Shown piece after piece: positions 11,451-23,500 of a stretch of 64,000 nucleotides of DNA. The notes beneath the pieces were generated by a model, which ran no database searches, was not told the origin of the DNA, and worked only from the letters and a program-made list of their open reading frames with translations. The stretch spans positions 102,578-166,577 of the forward strand of contig FLMG01003710.1 of the NCBI GenBank assembly GCA_900088475.1. The letters run 5' to 3'. This DNA is from Hyphochytrium catenoides (lineage: Eukaryota; Protista; Hyphochytriomycota). Position numbers and translations under genes: made by a program. Positions within the stretch are counted from its first letter, which is position 1. Every line of letters begins with the position of its first letter.

Positions 11451-14400
11451 ATGCGAAGCCTAAAGATGGCTCTACAGAGGAACGTCCTGAAAAGATGCAC
11501 CCCGTCGCTCAACACATCCTGTGTAACCCTGGAAGCTCTTCCAAGGAAAGCGCCCGGGTTGAAAGCCCTCTTGAAGAGGTCTCTGGCCACAGTTCCGGCA
11601 GCCAGAATGGAAGGTGCACATCTTTCACTGAATGTTAATGTGATGAAACTTCGGGTTGCTCTCACGCTGCTTCAAAAGAACTTCCTTCGACATGTCCTAT
11701 CGGCTATGCCTCCGGGTCCCTTTGCGGCATTCCATGATCTTGTCATGCCTCACTTCTTTTTGGCAACCATCTAAGGCCCATGCTTTATCTGGCTAGGTGC
11801 GGGTGGCAACGTGTTCGCCTATTTTTCTCAACGAGCTATGGAGGTCAAAGCTGTTAACCTTGGACAGGGCTTTCCTACCTTCGGCTCCCCCAGGTATAAT
11901 AAACCATGGTGAACCGGTCTTAAACCTTAACCTGGCCTCAACTAAGTATGTAACCCCTTGTCAACTGGTGCTGTTTCTATTCTCATGTCCGCTGTCTCCT
12001 CATGCCTTGCCAGCTTCCTGGAGGAAGCAGCTATCGAAGCGATCAAGGCCGGACACAATCAGTACACGCGGCCGGGAGGCCATCCACAGTTTGTACAGCA
12101 ACTAGCAGACTTTTACTCTCCTATCTTCGGGAGGGAAATTGACGCGATGAAGGAAATTGTCACGTTTGGAGGCGCTCAAGAAGGAATATTTGCCATCCTG
12201 TCAGCCCTGGTGAACCCGGTATGTAGCCAGCCTGTGATAATACGCTCTATCCATGAGACCATTTCCTTTGAACACGCTATGTTGAGGCGGCAGCCTGTTG
12301 TCCTCGATCACTAACAAGGTTCACTAAACCTCTACGCTAGCTGTCTATTAGTATATCACTTGTGATGGAGGCGGTTATCCTTGCACCTACGCTTGGGGCA
12401 CCCTTCCTATTTTTGCCCACAACGCTGCTCTCATCTCTTAACTCTTCAGAGGGTTGACCGCAAAGGTCCTCTCTTTCTCGTCGTTGGTCCCTACCTCTTT
12501 TGTGAGAGTTTCTTTCCCTTTACTCATTCCTCATCCCTACCAGGGGGAAGAGGTCCTCATCCTTGAGCCATACTTTGATGCATATAAAAAGGCATCTCTG
12601 ATGTTAGGGATAAAAACAGTCGGAGTGCCATTAAGATGGCAGCCTGGGCCAGAAGATAACGTTAAAATAGAAGGAAAAGCATTTCCGAAGGCGTCAGCCT
12701 GGAAGGTTGACCTTGACGAGTTGGAGGTAAGGAAGTAAGGCATAGGAATTGGCGCGAAGCTCCTCATGCTTAATCGAAGCTCTGAGCTTTCTTGATTTAC
12801 CCCAAATGATTCCTACATTCTAGCGCATAATCGTCTCTTGGAACTCTTTGTTAGAGTGCTCTGTCGAGGTGCTTGTCTCTCCTCACTATTGCTTGGATTG
12901 TCTTCTGAACGGATCTCGCTTTCCGATTCAACATGGAAGGTGACTGCTACAAGGCCAAAAGACTGACTCATGCTTGCCCCATAGTCGAAGATAACCAAGA
13001 AGACCAGGGTTTTGGTACTGAACACACCGCACAATCCTACCGGAAAAGTTTTCGCCAAAGAAGAGCTAGAGGCTATAGCTGAAGTTCTTCATAGGCACCC
13101 CCAGGTAAGCCTACCTATCCCTCATCGTCATATTCTCAGTCCTTTTTGTGATCCTCTTTCTCAATCTAATGATACGCACACTGTCTGACACGGTTCCCGC
13201 TCTTCCGCACCCTCTATTCCGATCGCCATGTCGAAAGAACGGGTACTGAGCCTTAAGACATGGAGATGTGCTGTTGCTACGTCCATCCTTTGACGTACTA
13301 TATTGCATACGGCTCGGACGTGCTCTAACTTCTCCTTTTGGTTTAAAAATGTGTGGCCCCAGGTTCTCGTGATCGCCGATGAGGTTTATGAGTTCATGTG
13401 TTACGGATCTGCGTCCCATCAACGACTTGCAACGTTTCCAGGGCTCCAGGACAGGGTCATATCCCTCTTCAGTGCGGGAAAAACCTTCTCTTGCACGGGA
13501 TGGCGGATAGGGTAGGAAGTTATCCATGTGTCTTTGCTGAGACGGCTAGCTACCGCATCAATCATTGGTTCCTTGTTTAATTGTTCTTCACCTGATTCCG
13601 CCTTCTTGGTCAGGTATGCTATATGCCCTCCTCAGTACGCGCAGCATATTTTGTCTGCCACCTCTATCATTATGTTCTGTTCGGCCACACCGCTTGAGCT
13701 TGCTTGTGGCACTGCCTTTTCTAAGGCTAAAGGAGAAGGATACTTTGAGTGGCTCCCGAAAATTATGACGGTACATTACATAACTTTATCTTAGCAGTGC
13801 AACTCCCTGTTCTTGTACCTACCATCAACCTTCAAGAGTGGTTTTGGTGCTACAGTTGCTGTTGCACTGGTGCTCTTACAGCCTTCGTAGTTGGTTGGTT
13901 GTCTCTTACAACCTTTCTACACCTTTCTAGTCGCTCACCTAATCGTCTTCACCGTCCATCCTTTCCTACTATCGATTGCCTTTCAGCTCTCCCCTAGTGA
14001 GCTGGATACACCCCATTACCATAAATTCATTGCACACTTCAACTAACGCCTTACTTCTGTGGTCAGGCCAAAAGAGATAAGTTAGTTCTAAGCCTCGAGG
14101 CGGCGGGAATGCAGCCCGTAGTTCCTGAAGGCGGATATTTTATTATGGCAGATACCTCCGCCCTTCCTGTGCCAGGGAAGACGCCAAAGGACAAGCTCAG
14201 CCCAACCATGGCCTTGGAGGTAAACACAAGCGGCTACCTTTAGAAATTTTTAGGCTCGCTTGCTTTACGACTTCTTGGCATCTTCTGCTGTATGCTGTGC
14301 TTACATCGTGGCATTGTTTCAGTATCAGAGCTAAGCTACTTCATGCCTTACATGCGTTTAGTGTGTGCATCACTTGCGCGACAGAAGCGACTCTTTTGGT

Positions 14401-14678
14401 GGTTCTCTCGTCCAGTCTTTTTTGAGCTCAGATTCTGCTTCCTCTTCTCTGACTGGCATGGCCATCTAACTGGTATCTTCCTACCCAAGGAACGGCCTGA
14501 TTTTCAAGTGGCGTCATGGCTAGTTAATTCTATGGGTGTGGCTGGCATTCCTATCACATGTTTCTACAGTCCAGAGTATAGGCATTTAGGTGATGACTTC
14601 ACGCGCTTCGCATTCTGCAAGGATGAAGAGACTCTGGACGGTGCAGGCAAGAAGTTTAGGGAGCATTCGACCTTATGA
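11451..14678 (+). CDS. KYAT: PLP-dependent class I aminotransferase, kynurenine/glutamine transaminase (KYAT1/3-like), ~9 exons, probable mitochondrial presequence
   Basis: Spliced motifs AVNLGQGFP, HNQYTRPGGHP, GAQEGIF, EEVLILEPYFDAY, LNTPHNPTGKVF, IADEVYE, SAGKTFSCTGWRIG (PLP lysine), PEGGYFIMAD, RFAFCKD. The N-terminus is Arg/Lys/Ser-rich and acid-poor; alternative start at 11466. Confidence 0.93.
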
Positions 14679-14947
14679 GGGCATGACTTCCACTTTTGGA
14701 GATAATACACTTATCCGATAAGACCTATATCCTCCGCACGCCTTCCGCTGGCTCGTACTTGCGATACTATCTGAGAAGTAGCTCTCTCGAAGTATTGAAC
14801 CACAAATAGTGACAACAAGAGAGAGGTAACTTATATATTGGGCCCGAGCCCAGGAGCAGTGCTGAAGGTGAGATGTTTGGGTCATCACGACGTTGATAAA
14901 TAAATAAGGAAGCTGATTTTTTTTTATAATGATTACGATAGGAGCCG

Positions 14948-16773
14948 CTAGGGAATAGTGGCGTATCCTGGCCGTTGGCCATATTCTTGAATGCGCTCGC
15001 GGAGGTAGTCCGGCGATAAACAGCACGTCAGCAACAAAATAAAGAGGAGAGAAAGCTGTCCATACAAAGAGTAGTTAGGAGCAATGTGAAGAAAAGCGAG
15101 ACTACATGCAAACATGTGGATGTAGGAAGCTTTACGTTGGGAAGCAGAGGAAAATGGCAAACGAGCAAAGGATGCATACAAGCTTCCTGGATAGAGCTTA
15201 TGGAGTAAGGCAAAGAGGCGTATTGGTAGCATTGAGACGGATTGGCAACATCGACAAGAGAGAGCAGCACTAGCGGCAGGGAGATATAGAGAAGGCCACA
15301 TCACGAGGGCAGAGAAGATGACCATATTCTTACATGGAAGACCATCGACCCCACGGAGAGAGTCACAAGGGCTGCAGAGTATGTTAATAGGCGCTTGAAT
15401 GCGCCTTCCCCGCAAAGCTTGGTAAACTGTGAACCAGGGCTTTCCTACGAGGATAATTCAGGAATTGAAAGGTTAGATCAAGAGCCAAAACCAAAGAAGG
15501 AGAGGGAGCCGCCTCTAGGAATTCTATTGTAAGGTTAGCCAACAACCCACCAAAGGATTCCACTCTATCTTCAGGGAAGTATGATGGGAAGAGTTGATAG
15601 AGGATACGATGGTACAAAACGAGAGAAGAAGAAACTTGATAGAGGGATAGGGATCAGAGGTGACGTAGAGTGTCTAAGGAAGGTATAGTAGCTCCATACT
15701 CCATCGAAGCATTTCTTTTCCCAGTTCTGGACAGTAGAGTCCTCCGCCTTTCTGTAGCAGTTGGTCCTGAACCAGGCAATAACATCATGGTACTCCACAG
15801 GCCGCTTAACTGCAGTGCAGTAGAGCCCTTCCAACCTCTCTCGGGTCGTCATATTACGCTCGACCAACGGAGGGCCATCCTGGCGGTATCACGGTTGTAA
15901 GATGACACATTCCCTTACCGAGACACAAGGAAAGGAGGGAATGTTGCTGCAAGGGGTGATCTCTATGAAACTCAAGCCCTCCAAGGGCCAGTGAAGATTG
16001 AAGATGCAACCTAGATCTCGAAGCTAGTGGCCGACGCCAATATAGGTTACAATCTTCAAAGGACGCAGAGCCTCAGGCACAAGAAATAGCACTTTAGGAG
16101 AAGACGGGAAGTAAACATTGGGCATCTTCTGTGAAGAAGAACCTAACCAGCAGGCAAAGTACGGATACAAGTTAACGGAATCCTGGAACCTGCAGTAGAG
16201 CTTTTTGCTCCGCCTCTATATGTGGAGCGGCAAGACTGGCTTTAGAAGCAACGTAGACACTGAATATTGTCACCAAGACAAAGATGGAGAAGAAAAGAAT
16301 AAGAACGGCGCGATTGTTGGTGTGAGCGCTAGCACAGCCCATCTGTAGGGAAAAGAATAATGGTTAGTGTGACAAGAAATCAAAAGCAGACAGTATCTGA
16401 CTAACACCAAGCGGACAGAGCGATATCAGAGACTGCCAACAATTGTGACGACAAGAAAATATGGAATTTGAGAACTGGTGAACGCGAGAGTAAGCAGCCA
16501 GGCATCCAAAACCAAGGCTCAAAAATGTACAGACAAAAGCTAGCTAGGAGCATACCCTACCAGAGCAACAATAAGGAGGGCAACCCCAAGGAAGAAGACG
16601 AGACGAGGTAGCTCGAAGCTGACAACTGCGTCTAAAGTGTGCCAATGTGATTGTTGAATGAACAGGCACGATGTCATCAGTAGCACTCCTAATGCCCCCC
16701 AAAATAGGTTCATTGCCGCTAAGAGGAAGCGGAAGTTGTCTTGAACAAATCCAGTGCCACAGAAGGGTAACAT
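14948..16773 (-). CDS. Tetraspanin-like four-TM protein
   Basis: TM1 FLLAAMNLFWGALGVLL, TM2 LVFFLGVALLIVAL|MGCASA, TM3 AVLILFFSIFVLVTIFSVYVA, a large loop with 4 Cys, TM4 ending ..ILLLTCCL, and tail GYATIP*. Internal loop exons are less certain. Confidence 0.75.
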
Positions 16774-16988
16774 TTTTCTCTGCTATTGGCGGCGTATCTG
16801 GCCGGGCTTGTTACTCGTGCCCACCACTCCTAGTCTGAAGCCGATCTCTTGGAACAACGCCGCGTATTTTAACTTAGTGGACATTAACATCTACACGCTT
16901 CTATTAATGCTCTCACCGCTCGCACTTCCTGAACTCTTCCTAGACTCAAAGATAAAAAGTCCAAGCTTTGTCCGACAAGACTTCCTGA

Positions 16989-17026
16989 AGATCTGAGGAG
17001 ATCTGAGGAGATCTACAGAAAGATCC
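16989..17026. repeat. 10-bp-phased AGATCT repeats in the divergent tetraspanin/RUN-gene spacer
   Basis: AGATCT at 16989, 16999 and 17009, plus AGATCC at 17021 (unit agatctgagg). Confidence 0.7.
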
Positions 17027-17575
17027 GTTCAGGTTTTGTGTTGTTGATTGTGATGGACATCTATCGATCCCCTGGAGAATCAGATATCGATTACTGAATA
17101 GATAGTGAAGGATGTTGGAAGGATGGCATGCCACTGGTTTGATCCTTGACCCTTGACCCTCTGTCCCCTTTGATTATCATATACTTGATTATCACAAGTA
17201 GCTTTGATTCTTCTTGCGCGTTGAAGTTTCTGTTGACAGAGAAGAGGAGAAGCATCGGTTCCGTGAAGCGTTGCCGGCAATCTCTGAACTCTGAACCCAG
17301 ATTAGGCTCTTGGTCGATAGCTTGAATGGCGGTGTGCCGACAGGTGGTGCAGCAGTCCGAGCCCTAAGCCCCACAGACAACGCCATACGCCTCCCTTGCT
17401 CCCGTCATCCCTTCCGTAGTCTCTCCCTATTGCTGGAGATATTGCTTTCCCTTCCTTACCCAGAACTTTCTCTTGCCAGTCAGAGTTTGCGGGCATGAAG
17501 CCAAGCACAAAAATTTGAGTGAGAGGATCGCAGGTCAAGCAGTACATTGAGACGTAAGGCTGATCAGTGTAAAAG

Positions 17576-20500
17576 ATGAGCTCTTTCCTCCAAAAGGTGG
17601 AAGGCTATCTGCAGCGCAATGAGCTCTTTGGTTCATCTACCGTAGAGGGAGGGAGAATCTTGCTGGTGAGTAGTTAAGATTGTTGATGTCGAGCTCGCTC
17701 CATCCACTAAACTTTTCCTTGCCACGCAGGACGATCTCAAGAAGAATGTGCAAGCGACGCTGGAAGAGGCCTCAAAGAGCGGTCCTAGCCCCCAGGGCAC
17801 GCTTAGTGTGAATTCTTCCTCAGCACAGTCACAGGATCTAGGTTGGTCTTAAAATTCATTCTCCTACACACTACCTTTTTAAACTGGATCATACTGTTTG
17901 TCTCTCGGGAGCGGAGCTTTTGACTTCTCTGGCCGTCTTCCTTTTGTTTGGAAGACTCCTGACTCTAAGACTCTGCTTTCGCGTAGCAACAAGCATAGAG
18001 AAGTGCCTCATCCATGGTTTGAAGCTGAAGAAGGACGGGAAGCGAAACACACTCTGGAATGTGCTTTTACACCTGAAGAAGTTCTGTGAAGACGTTGAGA
18101 CCAATAAAACAGAGAGCATCGGACGCATCATCAGCGCTATTGAAGGTGCCAGCAATCTGCAATGTGTCCAGGTATCAACCGTTCTTCATGAACTTACGCT
18201 ATCTATCAACTCGTTCTTTCATGACGGCGTGTGATTGATGGCACTTTGCTCTCGTCTTGTTGCGGACTTTTAAGTCCTCTAGGGGTAAGGCCAGGGCTTG
18301 GATTCGGCAGTCTTTAAACCACAAGAACCTGGCGTCGGCTGTGCAGGTAACTCATTCGCGTCTTGGCTTCAGATCATAATCTTTTTGTCGCACGCACTTC
18401 TCTCTCTCTTTTCTCCTTTTTGTCGCCTCCCTTACTGGGGTATTAGCGTCATGAGGCAGCTTCTCTATCATCCGATAGTTAGGGAACGCCCTGGTTGCTC
18501 CGATTCTTCCACCCAACACATCCACATTGCCTTCCTGCCAGAAGTGGCTCTCCACTTGTTCTGCTCAATATGCCCTTGCGGCTCTGTATGACGCTGTCGT
18601 ACTAATGCCTACGTTCGTTATCTGAATAACCCTCGGGCTGTCGCTGAAGTATCTGACAGAGGAAAAGTATGGATCTGTCTTGAGAGCAGACTTTGAGGAT
18701 GGAGCTTTACTCGTTCATCCGGAGCTATCATTGACGTTGGTAGGTTGAGTGTAATACCCGCACATCCTTTGGCCTGGAACTACTCAGGTTGTTCGACTAC
18801 TCTTCACTACGCTTCCTGTCTTTGCTGCATTATCTAGTATATTTCTGGTTGGCTGACTGCTCTTGATGCCTGTTAGGTTTCTATTTTGACTGCACTTGAT
18901 ACCGTCGAGTTTGAGTTCTTAGTAGACGACAAGCAATTAGATGCAGCAGCAGCCGCCGAGGCGGCTGCGGAAGGAAGGTTAGGTCACTTGCTTATCATCT
19001 TCTGACCGAGAGCCACGTTTGAAGAGATTGTCATGGGTCTGTCTAATTTCGACGTTTAGTGCGTTCTGCGTAGGTTACGGCTCTCCGTTGACTCTTCTGC
19101 TAATTTGTTCCCTTGCTATAACCATACCAGCCAGTTGTCAGTATTCCAAGCTTCTCTTCTGACCTCTGATCTCTCTCTTCCCCTCGACCCATTTGCGACC
19201 TCCCTTCAGCCCACGGCAGAGGTTAGATATCGATACTGCCAACAGTCTGATAGAGAAAATGGCTGTCAAAGGTAACGAACCTCCACCTCTACATGGACCT
19301 AAGCTAGCCAGAAGCTAATTCAAGAACTAATTTCTTTAGCCGACGGGTATTTTAGCTCTGCTCTTCGCTCGATGGAGGACCAAAGAAAGGTTAAGAAACC
19401 CTTGCATGCAATAGATTCCTTCAAAGAGCTATGAAAAACCTAGCCGAGAGAATCCTCTTTGTTCTATGAAGGATAGAAGAAACTAAGAAGGATGGCTATA
19501 GTTGCTTTCTACAGTAGAAACATCCTCAGCGCCGCTCTCATTATATCTGTTTGTTGGTTGTACAATGCAGGGCATTGCATCCTGGCAGAGGGTGTTCGGT
19601 GCATCCCTTGCTACACTGCTGCAGAGCTCTCACCATTGCGATTATGCCGTTCTGGCTCCGACCATAGGAGTGCCAAAGTTTATTGAGAGGGCCTGTGACA
19701 TTATTATCTCTAATGCCTTTGTACAGGGGCTCTTTGGGGACAAGTCAGCTGCGGTAAGCCATGGTGTTGTTAACACTTTGTACCTCATGCATGAAGAGAT
19801 TCAAGGCTCATAATACTGTTAGGACCCGGGCTCTCAGTTATCAGATCATCTCCTTACAGAAAACATCTTTCTGGGTCTTTCCTTCTCGTCCCTCACTCTC
19901 TCTCTACCTGGCTCCTGTAATGTTTTCCGGCGTCTAAATGCTGTATCCTCTTCTACAGTCGCAGCTGCAGGCGGTAGCAGATTACTTTGAGATCCACCAG
20001 GACTTCCCTCCGTCTGTAAATCCGCTATTAGTGGCAGATTGTTTGCTCAAGTTCTTGAAGGAGACAGAAGAACCTCTCCTAAGCTTGGAGTTCTATGAGC
20101 CTCTCCTGGCCTGTGCAAAGTTAAAAGAGGTATCGCCGGAGAGAAAGGAGGATGAGCGGCATGATTAGCACGCTTGCTTACGGATGCTCTTTCTGATTAT
20201 TTCTGTACTAAGGATAAATCCTCGATCATCCTGATCGTGCTTCTGTTGCTTCTCGCTGGCATTCATGTTATTTTACTCTCCTAGCTTATCAATGCCGCTT
20301 GTAGATCTCGTCTCGTGTTCGCAATCTCTCCTGTCTACTTTTGGAGTTGCCATGGTACAACAAGCCTGTTCTAAGGAAGCTGCTGAAGACGTGTGAGTAC
20401 CTTATGAAGGTAGGGACAAAGAGCGCACGAACACTGGATCGTAGAGGGAGAGAGAGCAGTGTATATAAGCGGAATAGGCCTTCAATGGAAAGAGTGAGCC

Positions 20501-23500
20501 AAATGACCAAGGCAACTTAGAGGCACAACCGTGAAAACCTTGTATAACCCTAGGAGAGAGTGGGGGACTTGCACTAGAATGAATTACCTGACAACGTGCT
20601 TGCTAGCCGGAGTTCCAGTCCCGAAGTGGGCTGACTCCTGCCAGTCTAGCTTCGGCTCTTGCCCCGGTGATTTTCCGCACTGTACAGGGAATCCCCCTTC
20701 CTCTCCCTGTGCCCCTTGGTGCCGGAGGAGACCCTGATGGAGGTAAGGAGACACCAAGCCCTCTCTTCATCTATTAGTCACAGTGCAGAGCCATGTTAAA
20801 GCGTTGCATCCTATCTGAACTTTTGATCACCAGGCGCCCTATCTCCTGGTTAAACTATGTATCTTAATCTTTATACATGACAAGACCATTAGCTTGCTAT
20901 ACTCTATTATTCTCTCCTTCTTGCTCTTAAGGTTGCTGCCCCTTTATCTCCCCCTCCGCTTTGATTAGATGGCAACCAGAATCTGCTAGGTGTAGAGCTA
21001 GTTCGCACTCTAGTCTCCCATGCCTCGGAGGTCCTGGCTCCGATGGATCAGGAATTCCTTCCGGTTCAAAAGGTATAATTATCTTGACTTCATCCTATTC
21101 ATTATTTTCCTCTGTTTATAAGCTTTGGGCGTGACGTCTTCATTTGACTTACATATCCCACTCTACCTCACATCGTTAGCACTGATAGTCAACTCTCCTA
21201 ATGCTTTCCGTTGACATACACTAGATGCTTCAGAGCAAGGTGGACTACTACAGGAGTATAGGGGAAAGTCTGGACAAGGTGAGTGCAGCTTTCAACTTGT
21301 GTCTCGATAACCCGTATTTCCTATCCTAGAAGTCCTAGCGAGCCAGTTATCTCCGATGAAAGTGCGCTTTTTTCCTGAGCACCCTTTCCCTTCTTTGTTA
21401 GCCTGTAAGCGCAGGGGACCCCAAACATGTAGAACAGTTGAGGTCTATCTGGGACTTTCTGGCTGAGGTGGATGTGGATCGCCTGATGCGGAGTTTCCAG
21501 CCTGATGGATTGCCGGTACGCTCGAGGCTTGCCTTCTTTTGCTAAAGTTTTGTGCCATTGTTGTCACGCATATACCTTAAGCACTGAGCAACGCTCACCC
21601 CTGAAACGTTGGGCAACTCTCACGCTGTCAATCAAACTGAGATCTTGTGCTGTTCATAACCTCGAGGATTCTTTTTATGGTTCCATGGTTAGAAATTGTA
21701 ACATCCCTTATCCTACCTTTATCGATTCCTAGGCCGAGCTGGACTCAGAGAAATCACTCTCCGCTTCTGAACTTTTCTCCTTGTCATCACATCGCTGGAG
21801 GAAGTGTGGATTTAGCGAGGATCCGGCAAAAGATTTCTCGCAAGGGGGGTTCCTTTCCTTGGAACTCTTCTGCTACTTCATCCGGAACTACCCAGAAAAA
21901 GCTCGAGAGGTAGGAATTCCTAAATCTATACATATGGAAATGAAGCTATTGTATAGCTCCCAGCCGACTTTATCCCTGAACAGCTCTTTCTAGACGTCTA
22001 TGACCGTCTGCCGCCCGTGGAATATTCTTAGGCATTGTTCATTTGTTCTGTCAATGTGAGGCTATTTTACGGTGCTTCTCTGGTTAGGTCGTTGCAGATA
22101 ATGGAGGACCTGGTCCTCATTGCTTTCCGGTCTACTACGTCACTGGCCGCATCGCTCGAATGACGGTTGGCGCTTTAGCACTTCTCCCGACTCCGGTGGA
22201 TGAAAATAGCCTAGTGAAGCTCTCGCTCTCCCCTTCTTTCTCTGTCCTAGAAGAAAGCAAAGGAGTGCTCAAGGTAAATCAAACTTGAAGAACCCTTTAG
22301 GCATATATTGTCTCGGTAATCCAGATTCCGTGATCCTCTGATTTCTCAAGCGTTATTCTGTTACTCGTGCTGGCCTAAGCGGCAGTTTTACGTGTGTTCG
22401 ATTGACTGGTAATACGCGTATGCCCATAAGGGCACAGCATGCTGATCAACCTGATCACATTTCCTCCATGCCCGAAGGTTGCATGCATGAGTTTGTTGCT
22501 GTTTGAGAGAAACTGGAGGGAGACCAATGCGAAAAGGCAGCATGTGGAAAGGTTAGAACGGCGTTGTTCACATTTGCATGAAGGGTCAAAAGTCAGCGGG
22601 GTAATTGGGTTGGTGGGATTCTCTATCGTTTTCCCAGCAGGAACTTACAATTGAATCTCAAGTCGCCTCTGGCTTTCTGACTGGAAGTTATAGGGTTATT
22701 GCCTGGGAGTCTTGCATTTGTTTTGTTATCTGGGGTTCCTCGAGGTCTGGTAGAAATTCTCCTCGAGCCGATGAGATCCAAATCTTTCAAGCGCGGCACT
22801 TTTAAGGATGTTTCTGTTGCCTGTGTAGGGTAATAGATGACACGGATCGTCAAATCCGTTGGCTTCTGTCACGGAGCCCTTCTAATGTCGACGAGATGTG
22901 GAAGCTCTGGATTGATGTAAGGAGAAGGATTGCAGAAGCCCACGCAGAGGGCCAAAGAGAGAACATCGCGGCGAAAGGGCTTTCCGCAGCCAAGGTCAGA
23001 TCATTGATGTCAGCCCCAACGCCTATTGACAATGCCAAACTCTGTGTCCTCTTCTCTTTTGTCTGACGACTTCTAGTCAATCATCAGCCCCAGAAGTAGC
23101 AAGAAGCGTCCTCTACCTCTCCAGCCATCTAACGGCCAGATTGAGACAGAAGCTGCTTCTGCGCTGTTTGCCGGGAAAAGAGAGATTCTTTCTCCAAGAG
23201 GAAAACGGATTGATAACGAGGACCAGTTTGAAGAGTTTGGGCTGGGTGACGATATCCCCATTGACGTCTCCGGAGTTTCAGGTAAGTGGTAAATGGTCCA
23301 AAAGGGACATGAGTGTTACACAGCACTCGAGGCAATTTGCTGTTGATCGCTCATTGTCATTGCAATCTCGTCATCGTGGCAGGGCACTATGATAGCCGCT
23401 CATTACCGCCACCTCCTCGCTCCCCAATCACTAAGATGAGCGGAGGTGTACTATCACGCCTTCTGGCTCCTTCTCTTATCCTTACCAAAGACGTGGTTGC

